Source: Chiloscyllium plagiosum
Taxonomy: Eukaryota
Assembly (NCBI RefSeq): GCF_004010195.1
Contig: NC_057726.1
Coordinates: forward strand, 53,180,722 to 53,244,721
Direction of reading: 5' to 3'
Length of the DNA stretch: 64,000 nt
Below the pieces are notes generated by a model. The model did no database searches. It saw only the letters and a program-made list of their open reading frames with translations, and was not told the origin of the DNA. This document shows positions 23,301 to 35,300 of the stretch, piece by piece. How positions within the stretch are numbered: position 1 is the first letter of the stretch; every line of letters begins with the position of its first letter. A program made the translations under genes and the position numbers.

Positions 23301-26300
23301 ATCCTGTAAGCATTCCATGAATTCCCTTTCTTTAGATCCACTAGCAACATTATTTACCCAGTCTCCTATGATCAATGTAACCTTGCCTTTCTGACATGCC
23401 TTCTCTATTTCCCGGTACATGTTGCGTCCCTGGTCCTGACCTGTTAGGAGGTCTATACACAACTTTGACAATTTTGTTTTTGCATTTGAACATGCATTTA
23501 GGCTGAACATCAGATGCTAAGAATCTGATCCAAGAGGAGTTGCTGATTAATTCCATTTAAGTGGTTGGCCGAATGTGCCTGCAATTATAGTCAGTGTGTT
23601 TCTGGCTGCGTTGTTATAATGAAAATGTAACTTGAATCATGTTAGTAAGGTTACTTAAACACTCTTATTGATAGCCTCAGGAAAATAAAATGTGGAGGTA
23701 TGCATACCCATAACTGGTTTGATTTGATGCGGAGTTACTGGCGTTGGACTGGGGTTGACAGTCAGAAGTCACATGACAAGAGGGTATAGTCCAGTGGGTT
23801 TATTTGAAATCGCCAGCTTCCTGAGCTCTGCTCCATTGTCAGGTCGCAAACTTCAAAAGCCTGTGATTTCAAGTAAACCTGTTGGACTATAACCTGGCCA
23901 AGCACAGCTATATTTTTGACCATTAACCCCTGTTCTGTTTGTAGTGAGTTTTGAAAAGTAGTCTCCACCTCATTCTTTCAAATTCTAACCAAGCTGGATA
24001 TGTGTAGTGTTGCCAGAATTTTCCTGGTTTCTGATTATTAGGACTTTGTTATTTTATTGAGATGAATAATTAAATAGCCTATGTAAAGCTCAAAAATGCA
24101 GAAAGCAATAGTGCAGATCTTTATGCATGGGAAAGATGTAAAGAACAGCAAAGGGGATCAGTACTTGCAAGAAATAAAGAAGCTTGCAAGGAATATCAAA
24201 AATATTAAAATAGGATGATGAGAATGGTCAGGAATCACGTGGATGCTTTAAAAACTAATCGGATTTTTAAATAGCAAATAGAGGGAGGTTGCAGATGCAA
24301 TGTTAAATCATTGCTTTACATCAACATTTGCAGTAAAGAAAAAACACATGGCAGACATTTAGGAAATTAATGTCAGATTAAGATTAATGAAGAATATAGT
24401 TCTAAAAGAGAGACAAGTTTCCAGGAAATGGATGAGAACATTGCAGATGTCTTAACTATACTCGCTAAAGGTTCTCAATTGAGAACCATTCCTTTACGTC
24501 GAAAGCTGCATGTTCAAGAACATGAGGTTACAACCTTAAAATTATAGACTAATTGACCTAATCCTTCTTGGGAAATTGCTAGTCTGTAATTAAGGATGGC
24601 ATTATTTAAACATTCAACTGATTAGAAAACCAGCTTGGATTTGTAAATAGTGGGTCATTGTCTGATGTCTATGATTAGCGTCCAGGTATGTAAGTCAGCT
24701 AATGTTGAAGCTTGTGGAAATGAGGGCAAATTATTTATCTGAACAGCAAAAAATAGAGGGGTGGAATCATGGTTTATGAGCTTTTTTCATAAAAAGTTTA
24801 GTAATCATACCATCCTACTCAACATAAATTACATGAAAGTGCTGCATTTAAGACTGTGTCTGGTGTTTGGACAAAAATAGTTAACTACATGGAGGAATAA
24901 TTTGAAGATTTGATCCTTGATATAGACTCAGACAGATCAATAAAGGCACAGAGTAACTCTGCTGATGTTCTAAGGAAGGATATATTTGCCATAGTGCAAG
25001 AAAGGCTCACTGGATTATTTTGAGTTGAAATGGTTGTTCCTTGAAAAGTTATGTAGAATGGGTTTTTACTATCTACTTCAGAAGAATAAGGTGATTGAAT
25101 TCAAAAGAATGCGGTGACACAAGTTCCAACAGGGGCTTGATTAGGCAGATGCTGAAGGTTGTTTCCCCATTTGGTGATTTTAGAACGAGGAAGTGTCATC
25201 TCCAGAAAGTGGCTGTTCATTTAAGTCTTAAAGAGAAGGTGCTCCACTTTGGCTTTGAATCTTTAGAATTCTCCACCTTAGGTTTATGAATATTCAAATG
25301 TTGAGTATTGTGACAATACTATGGCTTTGAGGTGTATTTTATCCTTTTTTTGGAGAGGTTGAGCCATAGGCATTGAGCTGTCTATTTTAAGCCAATAAAG
25401 TAAGCAGCTTGTGAGGCCTTGGTTTTTCATTGAATAGAAGCAGCATAAATGGGTGGAGTCAGGCTCCCACAGAGCCAAGGTTTCAGTTTAGCTTTCAGTA
25501 GTTATTAGGGTTTTGAAGTTGGCTGTGGAAGCTGTTACATTCCTCTTTTACCGCTAAAGCTGGGGTTCTTTCTGCGACCAAAACCGCATGTGAGACATTC
25601 TGTGTTACTAACTTTACCTTTGCTGGAGCTGTGTTTATGGGATGTTATATTGGAACAGTTGCTGTGGTTAGATAATTGTTTTAAGTTTTCAAATAGTTAT
25701 ACCGATTCTTGTCTTTGTATTTCAACTGGAGTAAGAATAAAGTGTTTTGCTTAAAGCCGAGTAATGTGACCAATTGAATGACATCTGAACACAGGACCTT
25801 ACATCTGCCTTTAAATAAGATAAAAGTTAGGGTCTAGGTAATTTCTTGGTATGATTGCAGTGGAGTTGGTCTGGTCCATAATATACTTAAACGAGAGTTT
25901 CTTGCACTTTGCCAAGTGAGATATGGATTTGGTTAGGCAAGTAAAGTTGAGGTCAGAGATCAGTGACATCTTATTGAGCAGTGGGACAGGATAGTGTGCT
26001 CCTCTTATTTCTTGTGTCCTGGTGTTGACAGAGCCGTGTTGAATACCCTTGAAGAGTGCCTTTAATTGCATACATATACAATTGGCTCTCTGATCGCAAC
26101 CAGTGCAAAGTTTAAATTTTGTTTTAGATTGGATTACTTAGTGTGGAAACAGGCCCTTTGGCCCAACAGGTCCACACCGATCTGCCGAAGCGCACCCACC
26201 CAGACCCATTCCCCTACATTTACCCCTGCACCTAACACAGGCAATTGAGCATGGCCAATTCACCTAACCTGCACATTTTTTGGACTGTGGGAGGAAACCA

Positions 26301-29300
26301 GAGCACCCGGAGGAAACCCATGCAGGCACGGGGAGAATGTGCAAACTCCACACAGTCAGTCGCCTGAGGCGGGAATTGAACCTGGGTCTCTTGCGCTGTG
26401 AGGCAGCAGTGCTAACCTCTGTGCCACCGTGTTCACCAAATGAATATTACAAGAGTGTCTCTCTATTTAAATATTACCAAGCTGAAAATAGGTTGCTAGG
26501 TTAATTTTGAAAAGCTTTCCAGAACCAAGTAAATTTCCTTCCCTTTAATTCATTTAGAATACTTGGTTGAATGAAAAACTCTCCGGAATGGTTACTAACC
26601 AAATAAACCCACTTCAATTTCTGCAGTTTTTTTTAAAAGGAATTAATTGCAACATAGTTGAAGATTCATTGTCAAGGCCGACAGCTATTCTATGATTAAA
26701 ACTGAGTGCAGTATAGATTTACAAGAACAGCATCTTGTCTTTGAGTTAAATTGGGAGGAGAAGTTACGCAACCTTGGAATTCTTGGGGTTTAGAAGACAA
26801 AGGAGTGTTTTGATCAGAGTTTTACAAGATTTTAAATGAAACAGGGTATGATGGGAGAAACTATTCCCCTTAACTGTTTAAGTTTAAAGAAAAAAAACAT
26901 ATTTCAAATTGAGAAATTAGGAGAAACAAAGGGTAGTAAAGTTTCTAAAATTCTGGTGCAATAGCAATTGATTAATCATTGAATGTACTGTTGTACCATA
27001 GCAGAAGCTGATTCTCCCATGTGTGCCCACCGAAAGTAAATTTGAGACTCCCATGACAGCGAAAGGACAGGTATTAGGTAGCAATGGAGGTGGCTGTTTG
27101 AATTTATCTCGTGATCACATTCCTGCAGTGTGGAAACAGCTCATTTGCCCACAGAGTCCAAAAAGAGTCCCACACCCACCCCCCAACCCTGTCTCTGTAA
27201 AAGTGCATTTCCCATGGCTAACTCACCACGGTGGCACAGTGGTTAGCATCGCTGCCTCAGCGCCAGAGACCCGGGTTCAATTCCCCGCCTCAGGTGACTC
27301 TGTGTGGAGTTTGCATATTCTCCCTATGTCTGCTATGGGTTTCCTCTGGGTGCTCTGGTTTCCTCCCACAATCCAAAAATGTGCAGGTTAGGTGAATTGG
27401 CCATGCTAAAATTGCCCGTAGTGTTAGATGAAGGGGTAACTGTAGGGGAATGGGTCTGGGTGGGCTGCGCTTCAGTGGGTCGGTGTGGACTTGTTGGGCC
27501 GAAGGGCCTGTTTTCACACTTTAATCTAAAAAAAATCTACACATACCTGGATGCTATGGGCAATTTAGTATGGTCAATCCACCTAACCTGCACATCTTTG
27601 GATTGTGGGAGGAAACTGGAGCACCTGACATCTTTGGGTTGGTGATGTTATCCATGAAATAGGATAGGAGATAACATTACAGGAAGTGACATCACCAACC
27701 CAAAGAAACCCAAACACCTAAATAGAAAGCAGGAATTTTCAGCATTGCTTCACCTGAGGCCCACTGAAGGTGTTACCTAGTAGGGTAACGAAACATCTGG
27801 AAATGAACCTTGCAACTCAGCGAGCAAAGCTACATCCAATGAATTCCAAATGAGGATGATATGCCCCTTGGAGGGGAACTTGCAGTGGTTTTGTTTTTAT
27901 GAACCTGCTACCCTTATTCTTCTGGGTGGTAGTGGCTGCAGGTTTGAAAGATGCTGTTGAAGGAGCCTTAGTGAGTTATTGTCATGAATCTTGTAGCTGG
28001 AATATATTGTTTCTACTTTGTTAGTGGTGAAGGGAATGCAATCCATGCACAAAACAAATGGGGGCAATTTTTTACACTGGATGCCAGTGATATAAACCAG
28101 CTGCATCAGCTTAATTAGGGGCACAACTAGTTCTGTAGCGCAAAAATTCAGGATTATTGCCAGAATGTTATAGCAGAACCTGTCTTCAGCTGTCTTGCTA
28201 TGATGCGAATTGGCTGAAGACTTGCATCTGTGATGTTAGGGACCTCAGGGCAAGATCAAAACCAACAATCCTCTTAGGACTTCTGACTGAAAATGCTAAT
28301 ACTTCAGTCTTTTCATTTGCGCTGATGTTTTGAGATTTAGGAGTACTGATGGAACCTCGCCTCATGTTAGTTTTATTGTCCTGCACCATTCATGAGTGAA
28401 TATAGCAGGACTGCAGAGCTTGGATCTGACAACTGGTTGTGGGATCATTTAGCCTTGTCACTTGTATCCTACCTGCCTTGTTTGGCATGCAAGTAGTCCA
28501 AGTCAAAGTGTGGTGCTGGTAAAGCACATCAGGTCATGCAGTATCTGAGAAACAGGAGAGTCGATGTTTCAGGCATAAACCATTCATCAGGAATGTGGAG
28601 GGAGAAGAGACCAGAGGTAAATGTGGGTTGGGGCTAGGTGGAAGGTAGCTGGGTAGGTGGGAGGCAATTGATTGGGAAGTGGGGAGGGTGGGGCAGATAG
28701 GTGGCAAGGAAGATGGGCAAGTCAAGAGGGCAGTGCCCAGTTGGAGGGTTGGATCTGAATGGGAGTGGTGGAGGGGAGATTTGGAAACTGGTGAAGTTGA
28801 TGTGTGGCATTTGGTTCTCTGGTCCTGAGGTAGAAGATGAAGTCTGTGTTTTGTCACCCTGTCCTTTGTACATTGGGTTGATTGCACAGTGAACTCTGAA
28901 GTACAGTAACCAATTTCATAGGGTTAGTAATTTTTTTTAAAAGCAGTAAGAATTGCTTGACAGGAATAATTAGGAGAAAGTGAGGACTGCAAATGCTGGA
29001 CATCAGAGCTGAAAAATGTGTTTCTGGAAAAGCGCAGCAGGTCAGGCAGCATCTAAGGAGCAGGCGAATCGACGTTTCGGACATAAGCCCTTCAGGAATG
29101 AGGATGGTGTGCCAAGCAGGCTAAGATAAAAGGTAGGGAGGAGGGACTTGGGGGAGAGTCATTGGGAATGTGATAGGTGGAAAGAGGTTAAGGTGAGGGT
29201 GACAGGCCGGAGAGGGGGTGGGGGCGGAGAGGTCAGGAAGAAGATTGCAGGTCAAGAAGGCAGTGCTGAGTCNNNNNNNNNNNNNNNNNNNNNNNNNNNN

Positions 29301-32300
29301 NNNNNNNNNNNNNNNNNNNNNNNNNNNNNNNNNNNNNNNNNNNNNNNNNNNNNNNNNNNNNNNNNNNNNNNNNNNNNNNNNNNNNNNNNNNNNNNNNNNN
29401 NNNNNNNNNNNNNNNNNNNNNNNNNNNNNNNNNNNNNNNNNNNNNNNNNNNNNNNNNNNNNNNNNNNNNNNNNNNNNNNNNNNNNNNNNNNNNNNNNNNN
29501 NNNNNNNNNNNNNNNNNNNNNNNNNNNNNNNNNNNNNNNNNNNNNNNNNNNNNNNNNNNNNNNNNNNNNNNNNNNNNNNNNNNNNNNNNNNNNNNNNNNN
29601 NNNNNNNNNNNNNNNNNNNNNNNNNNNNNNNNNNNNNNNNNNNNNNNNNNNNNNNNNNNNNNNNNNNNNNNNNNNNNNNNNNNNNNNNNNNNNNNNNNNN
29701 NNNNNNNNNNNNNNNNNNNNNNNNNNNNNNNNNNNNNNNNNNNNNNNNNNNNNNNNNNNNNNNNNNNNNNNNNNNNNNNNNNNNNNNNNNNNNNNNNNNN
29801 NNNNNNNNNNNNNNNNNNNNNNNNNNNNNNNNNNNNNNNNNNNNNNNNNNNNNNNNNNNNNNNNNNNNNNNNNNNNNNNNNNNNNNNNNNNNNNNNNNNN
29901 NNNNNNNNNNNNNNNNNNNNNNNNNNNNNNNNNNNNNNNNNNNNNNNNNNNNNNNNNNNNNNNNNNNNNNNNNNNNNNNNNNNNNNNNNNNNNNNNNNNN
30001 NNNNNNNNNNNNNNNNNNNNNNNNNNNNNNNNNNNNNNNNNNNNNNNNGGGGGGGGGGGGGAAGGTGTTAGGTGACAGGAATAATTGTTTTGTATTAATA
30101 CAGCTTATTAGAATGAGAAGTGGGAAAGGGGAGCAAAACCTTTGCTGTGGATCATTGTTCCATTTAATAATCATGCTATATCTGTTTTTATAAAATTGAT
30201 GCATTATATTTGGCAGTTACGTTAAGTCTGTCTTATAACTACAGATTGCATTGAAACTTTTACAGCAATTAGCTGTTCTCCTGTTGCATTGATGATAAAG
30301 TGAAGATGGACTAACTTTCCCTCAATTGGTTTAGAAATACAGTAAGGCGTAAGGATCGAGACCTGTTATGTTCAGTTTCTGACTCTCTAACCTGTTGTAA
30401 AATAGTACAGTTGGGGAAATGACAGCCCAATTGAGGATAGGCATCACCTACTTTCTGCTTTCCCTTGATTTGAAGTTGTATTTTCATGTCATGCATGTAA
30501 CATACACATGTTGCATATATGGCATCTACTTGTGGGTTTCTGCCATTTGTATTTGTCTCTAAACAAGTCAATTCTTAATCGATGAATATCCCACCAGGTA
30601 ATAGGATCCAGAGTGCAGGATTTGACTGGGGTTTTTTCCCACTCCTTCTCAATCACTGTTCTACCTCATTAAGATTGTGACTCAAAGCATAAGGCTAGCT
30701 GATGGGCAAGTTGTCAGCATTCTGAACACTTGGTAATAAGGTCCTCCAGTCATTGTGGTTGCAATGCCTTGAGAGCTTCAGTGTATCTTTTTTGAAGCAT
30801 TTTCTTTGTTTTTACGTCGAGCATTAGCCATTTGAGAAAACCCAAAAAAGCATCCAAGCCATCAAAGTCGATTTTACAAGAGTTTGCTTGAATGCTTGTT
30901 GAGTTGGTTTGCAGAAGGATACTAGCATTTTTCTGGTTCTACCATTGAATCCAGAGAATGTGACAGCATCAGTGATTGAACTTCACTGTTTTTAAGTGCA
31001 GTGATACAGTCACTACCACTGATACAATCTAGGTCTCCCTGCAGTCCAAGAGTTTAGTGACAACCAACAGTGAAAGATGGCACCTGAGTATTGATGACTT
31101 AGTTGTAGGTTGGGTCTGGTGCTGGTGGCAGCAAAGCAGTAGTGGAAGGGCATCACCGTGACATCAAGGTGGGTCAAGCAGGGAGAGATGTGATCCTGAC
31201 TTCAGTGCATCTGGTGCAGGTGGTGAGGCAGTGTTAGAGGAGAATCAGCCCAGCTTCAAAACATGGCATTTGAAGAGTGGTGAGTTCAAAATTGGGTCTG
31301 GTGTCGACGGTGAGGCAGTGGAAGAGGGATAGCAGCACAGGTGTCATTAATGAGCTGGCTGAGAACTGACTGACCCTTTAAGTTGAGCCTTCCTCTTTTT
31401 TTAAAAAAAATTATTCAAAATGACACTGGATCATGGTGACAGTGGAAAAGCTTTTCACTATTTTGCACTATTTTATTTACTCACTGTACAAAACACGTAA
31501 CGGTAATCTCATTCATTCACTATTTTGTACAGTAAGTCTTGCAGCAGTACGTTTTAGAAGATTGAGCTACCAAAGCTGATCCAGTGTTTATCTCGACTGG
31601 AACCTTCTGAGATGGCCTGCAGGTGAAATATGGGAAATAATTATCGTCTTCAACACAAATAAGTGGTGGAATGTTATGTTGACTGGATCTGGGTTAGTAA
31701 GTTTTTTTTAATTTTGGTTGAGTCTCTTGAGCATGGAATGAACAGATTGGTAGTGGTTTCCAAACCTGGTGTAGTGTGAAAAATGACACTGCAGTTACCT
31801 GCATACTGTAAACCAGCCTACTGTGTGTCAATAATGGTCAGTTTAGTTTTGGCACAGAAGAGAGAGGTTGGAGTTATCCATCTTGATATTTAATGCTAAC
31901 GCCATAGGGCAATTGATCTGAGTTGAAAAGCCACTCAGATAAGTTGTAAATAGTATGGGTCTATTGCGCAACCTTGCTCGACATTCTGATCTCTATTTTG
32001 GATCTTCCATTAAAGACAGTTGCAGGATTGAGGTTAACTTTGTGCCCTCATTGACACTAAATTGAAAGGGAATTTGAATGCAGGTTGGATTTATTACAGC
32101 ATGTAAGGAACTTTTGTGCAGCTGCAGGTTTAAATGCAGCAAACATGTCTACGTATTAGAAGAATACAAGGGGTGAGAGTTCAGTAATGATTACATTGAA
32201 GTCCAGTATCTCACGTGTCTAAGCCGAGCCTAGAGGAGTTTGCATAGCTGCCCAACTGTTTGGGCACACGTGGTGTATTTGAAAGTGAGCTTAGTCATGT

Positions 32301-35300
32301 GGGTTACCATGTTCATGAATTGAATGAAAACTGATTTAGACTCCAGTGGTACATTTTAGATAGCTTTGATATAGTGACCTGGAAGAAATGTGAATAGCTT
32401 TCTTGAGTAATATGTTAGTGGGTATGCTTGCAATGTCCAAAGGGCACATAGCCATGATATTGCTATTTATGTGTAGGTTTTATATGGTCTTTGAAAGTGT
32501 AGGGATCCTCTACTGTATAAGTGGCAGGCTGAAACTGGTTCCAGCAACATTTCTTGACCAATTCATGTTGGTGAACCATTTTGGATAAATTATTATTTTC
32601 ATAAAGTTGACTTCCTTGTGGTTCATTCCTGGTAATTGCAAGGCTGAAAAAGTTTTGATCGACGTCTAAGTCCTATATTGCATGCAATTGTTGTCTATTT
32701 GGCCTGTAATTTCTAAGATGGAGAAAGATGGTTTGAAATGGTTGGAACAGCAAAGCATGCATCTGTCAATTAGTTTTAATCTTGTAGCCAATGAACTAGA
32801 ATTCTGAAAACTTAAGATAGAAATGTGAATAACATAGTTGAGGATGAGCTGTTTGTTTAGAGACAACGTCCTTGTGCACTACATAGAGCACCCCTCTGTA
32901 AATTGGGCAATGTTGTGAAATTTGATATGATTTGGTGCTGCATTTCCATGCTGTCTCCTGACTTGTGCAATTCTCACAGCTGAAGTTAGTAACTTCCGTT
33001 ATGCTCCACTATGATCCATGAAGACCGATAGGAACCTTCTGCTAAAAGCAGAATGTGATTCACCAAAGGAATGGGGTGTGGTTTTGTGTGTGTGATGGAA
33101 TCAAAATGAAAAGCAGAGTTCATGGTTTGAAGATATTAAACTCCGTTTTGAGTCCTGAAGGCTGTAAAGTGCCGAAGTGGAAAATGAAGTGCTGTTCCTC
33201 CATCTTCTGTTGAGTTTTGCTGGAACACTTCAGGCCTAGGACAAATAGTTGGCATGACATCAAGATGGTATTTCAAATTTTCTGGCTACTATTCCTCCTG
33301 CAGCCAGTGCTGTTTGGGCTGATGTTTTGTCCTAGACAGTCTGCACTTGGGTAAAGGTAATGACTCTAGAACTGAGGAATGAATTGAGAACCATTTTCAG
33401 ATGTGAAATGTAATGAGGTTTCAAATGAATGCAGTAATTTTTTAACTTACTAAGGATCCTAATAGAACCATTTAAATTATTTGTAATGTATCAAATGTAA
33501 CATTGCTTTATTGAACATTTATTTTAAATTCTGGGAAGCAGCATTGTAGTTCCACTGGAAATAATAATTGTGCTTATCTTGAAATGTTACTGAATTCCAC
33601 ACAGTTATTCAATCATTCTGCAAACGTTATCCTTCCTCCAGAGGGCAGGAGTGCTGTAGCTCAGTACAACTAAACTCAAATACTTGATAGATCGACAGTT
33701 ATTTATAAGTTCCAGGCACAAAAACTGCTTGGGGAAGAATATTTACTACCAGCATGCATTAAAAATAATTCTTCTGTTGTCAGTGGTAGCATTCTACATC
33801 ACGTTTGATGGCCTCGAATGTGAGCACAAAATGTAGGCTGCCAATTCAGTGCATTACTGTGATGTTGATTCACTGGGCCAGGGGTTCTATCTTATGTGAG
33901 TGTACATAATTTAATCTACATGTTACAGCACACTTCTGGGGCAGATTCTGGCCTGGAAGTATGGAAGCTATTACCATGCTACAAGAACATCGAGTTGATG
34001 TAGAAATTCAGGTGGTGCTGGTTACAAGACAAAATGAATTTTCTCCCATTATAGCCAATATTTATCCCACAATTACCACTAAACTAAAATAGAATAGTTG
34101 GTCATTAATAGGTTGCTATTTGTGGAACCTTGTAAATTGAGTGGTTTTTACTACGAAAGTGACTATTATCCCAAATGCTTAATTGGTTCTAAATATTTTG
34201 GGGTATTCTGAAGATGTGAACATTTCTATGCATGTTTTTCCCCCTCCCTTCTGGTTTATCCTGCAATAAAATGTTACATAATTAATTATATGGTTGCATC
34301 TGGATTCCGAAGGTGATCAGGTCATCTTCAATGTCTGTCAAATCATGCAGCTGCATTTTGCTAAATGTACCATGATACATTATCCCTGTTGTAAAGCCAT
34401 TTACATGTGCTCACGCAGTGCATTTTACAATATTAGAAATTGCTGTATGCCAAACCATAAATGAGCAACAAAATTAATCTATCAACATTTGCTTAATAAA
34501 AGCAAGAAACTGAAAAGGTTGGAGATTAGAACTAAAAATAGCAATATTTTCAAACATCCAGCAGATTTGTCAGTACCTGTGGGGGGTAAAATAGTTAACA
34601 TTGCAAGTCCAATATAACTCTTCATAGTTTTTCACACACTGCTTTTATTGCATTAGTTTCTTGATACATCATTTGTCATTTATGACATCAAACTCGGTTG
34701 ATTGAATTAATGCTTCACTGTAATGTAATTAACCTTTCGTTAGTACAGAGCTTGAATTGCTGAAAAATAATTTTGTTGAAGGCTTTCGCCTTGCACTCAT
34801 CAGGACATTTTGCAAGGATACAAATTCAATGGAAAAAACATCAACATTTATACTTGAGTATCGGATGGTCAATTGGCATTGTTCCCTCAAATGTAGATGT
34901 ATATCAAATCTTGGAAGATAAATTGTATATACTATTTACATTTCTTGAGGCCATAAAACCATTGATCTGGATTTAGCTCTAAATACATCCCCTTTACACA
35001 AAAGGTCATTATAAAGGGTAATTGCTGTACACTGCCTGGTTAATAACTCTGAATGATAAGACTTGATAGCAATTAATTTTTCTCGATGGAATACTTACGT
35101 CCAAAAGTGTAGATGTATTCTTGAACATCTTTCTCTTTTCCGCTCTTGCCCTCCAGCCTCCCTACAAAGGTTTAAGAAAGAAATTCTGAATGCTCATAAG
35201 TATTAAGATTGCTTCCAAATATATTTTCACACACTTTACTTTTTGGGCTGTTTTTGGGCATTTGTGCCCAACAGTTTTTCAGTGTCCAGAGGTAATATGT

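Noticed and set aside
22165-25883. Full-length LTR retrotransposon bounded by two LTR-like direct repeats
   Set aside because: The repeats are strongly diverged from each other and the interior has only CR1/PLE debris with no gag-pol. Two solo LTRs are more likely.
29148-30204. Long ORFs of 285-323 aa
   Set aside because: These are artefacts of translating through the N-gap
30690-33020. Possible ancient RTE-like LINE remnants or a nested antisense gene in intron 1
   Set aside because: Too degenerate to assign by eye, with no spliceable coding exons recognised
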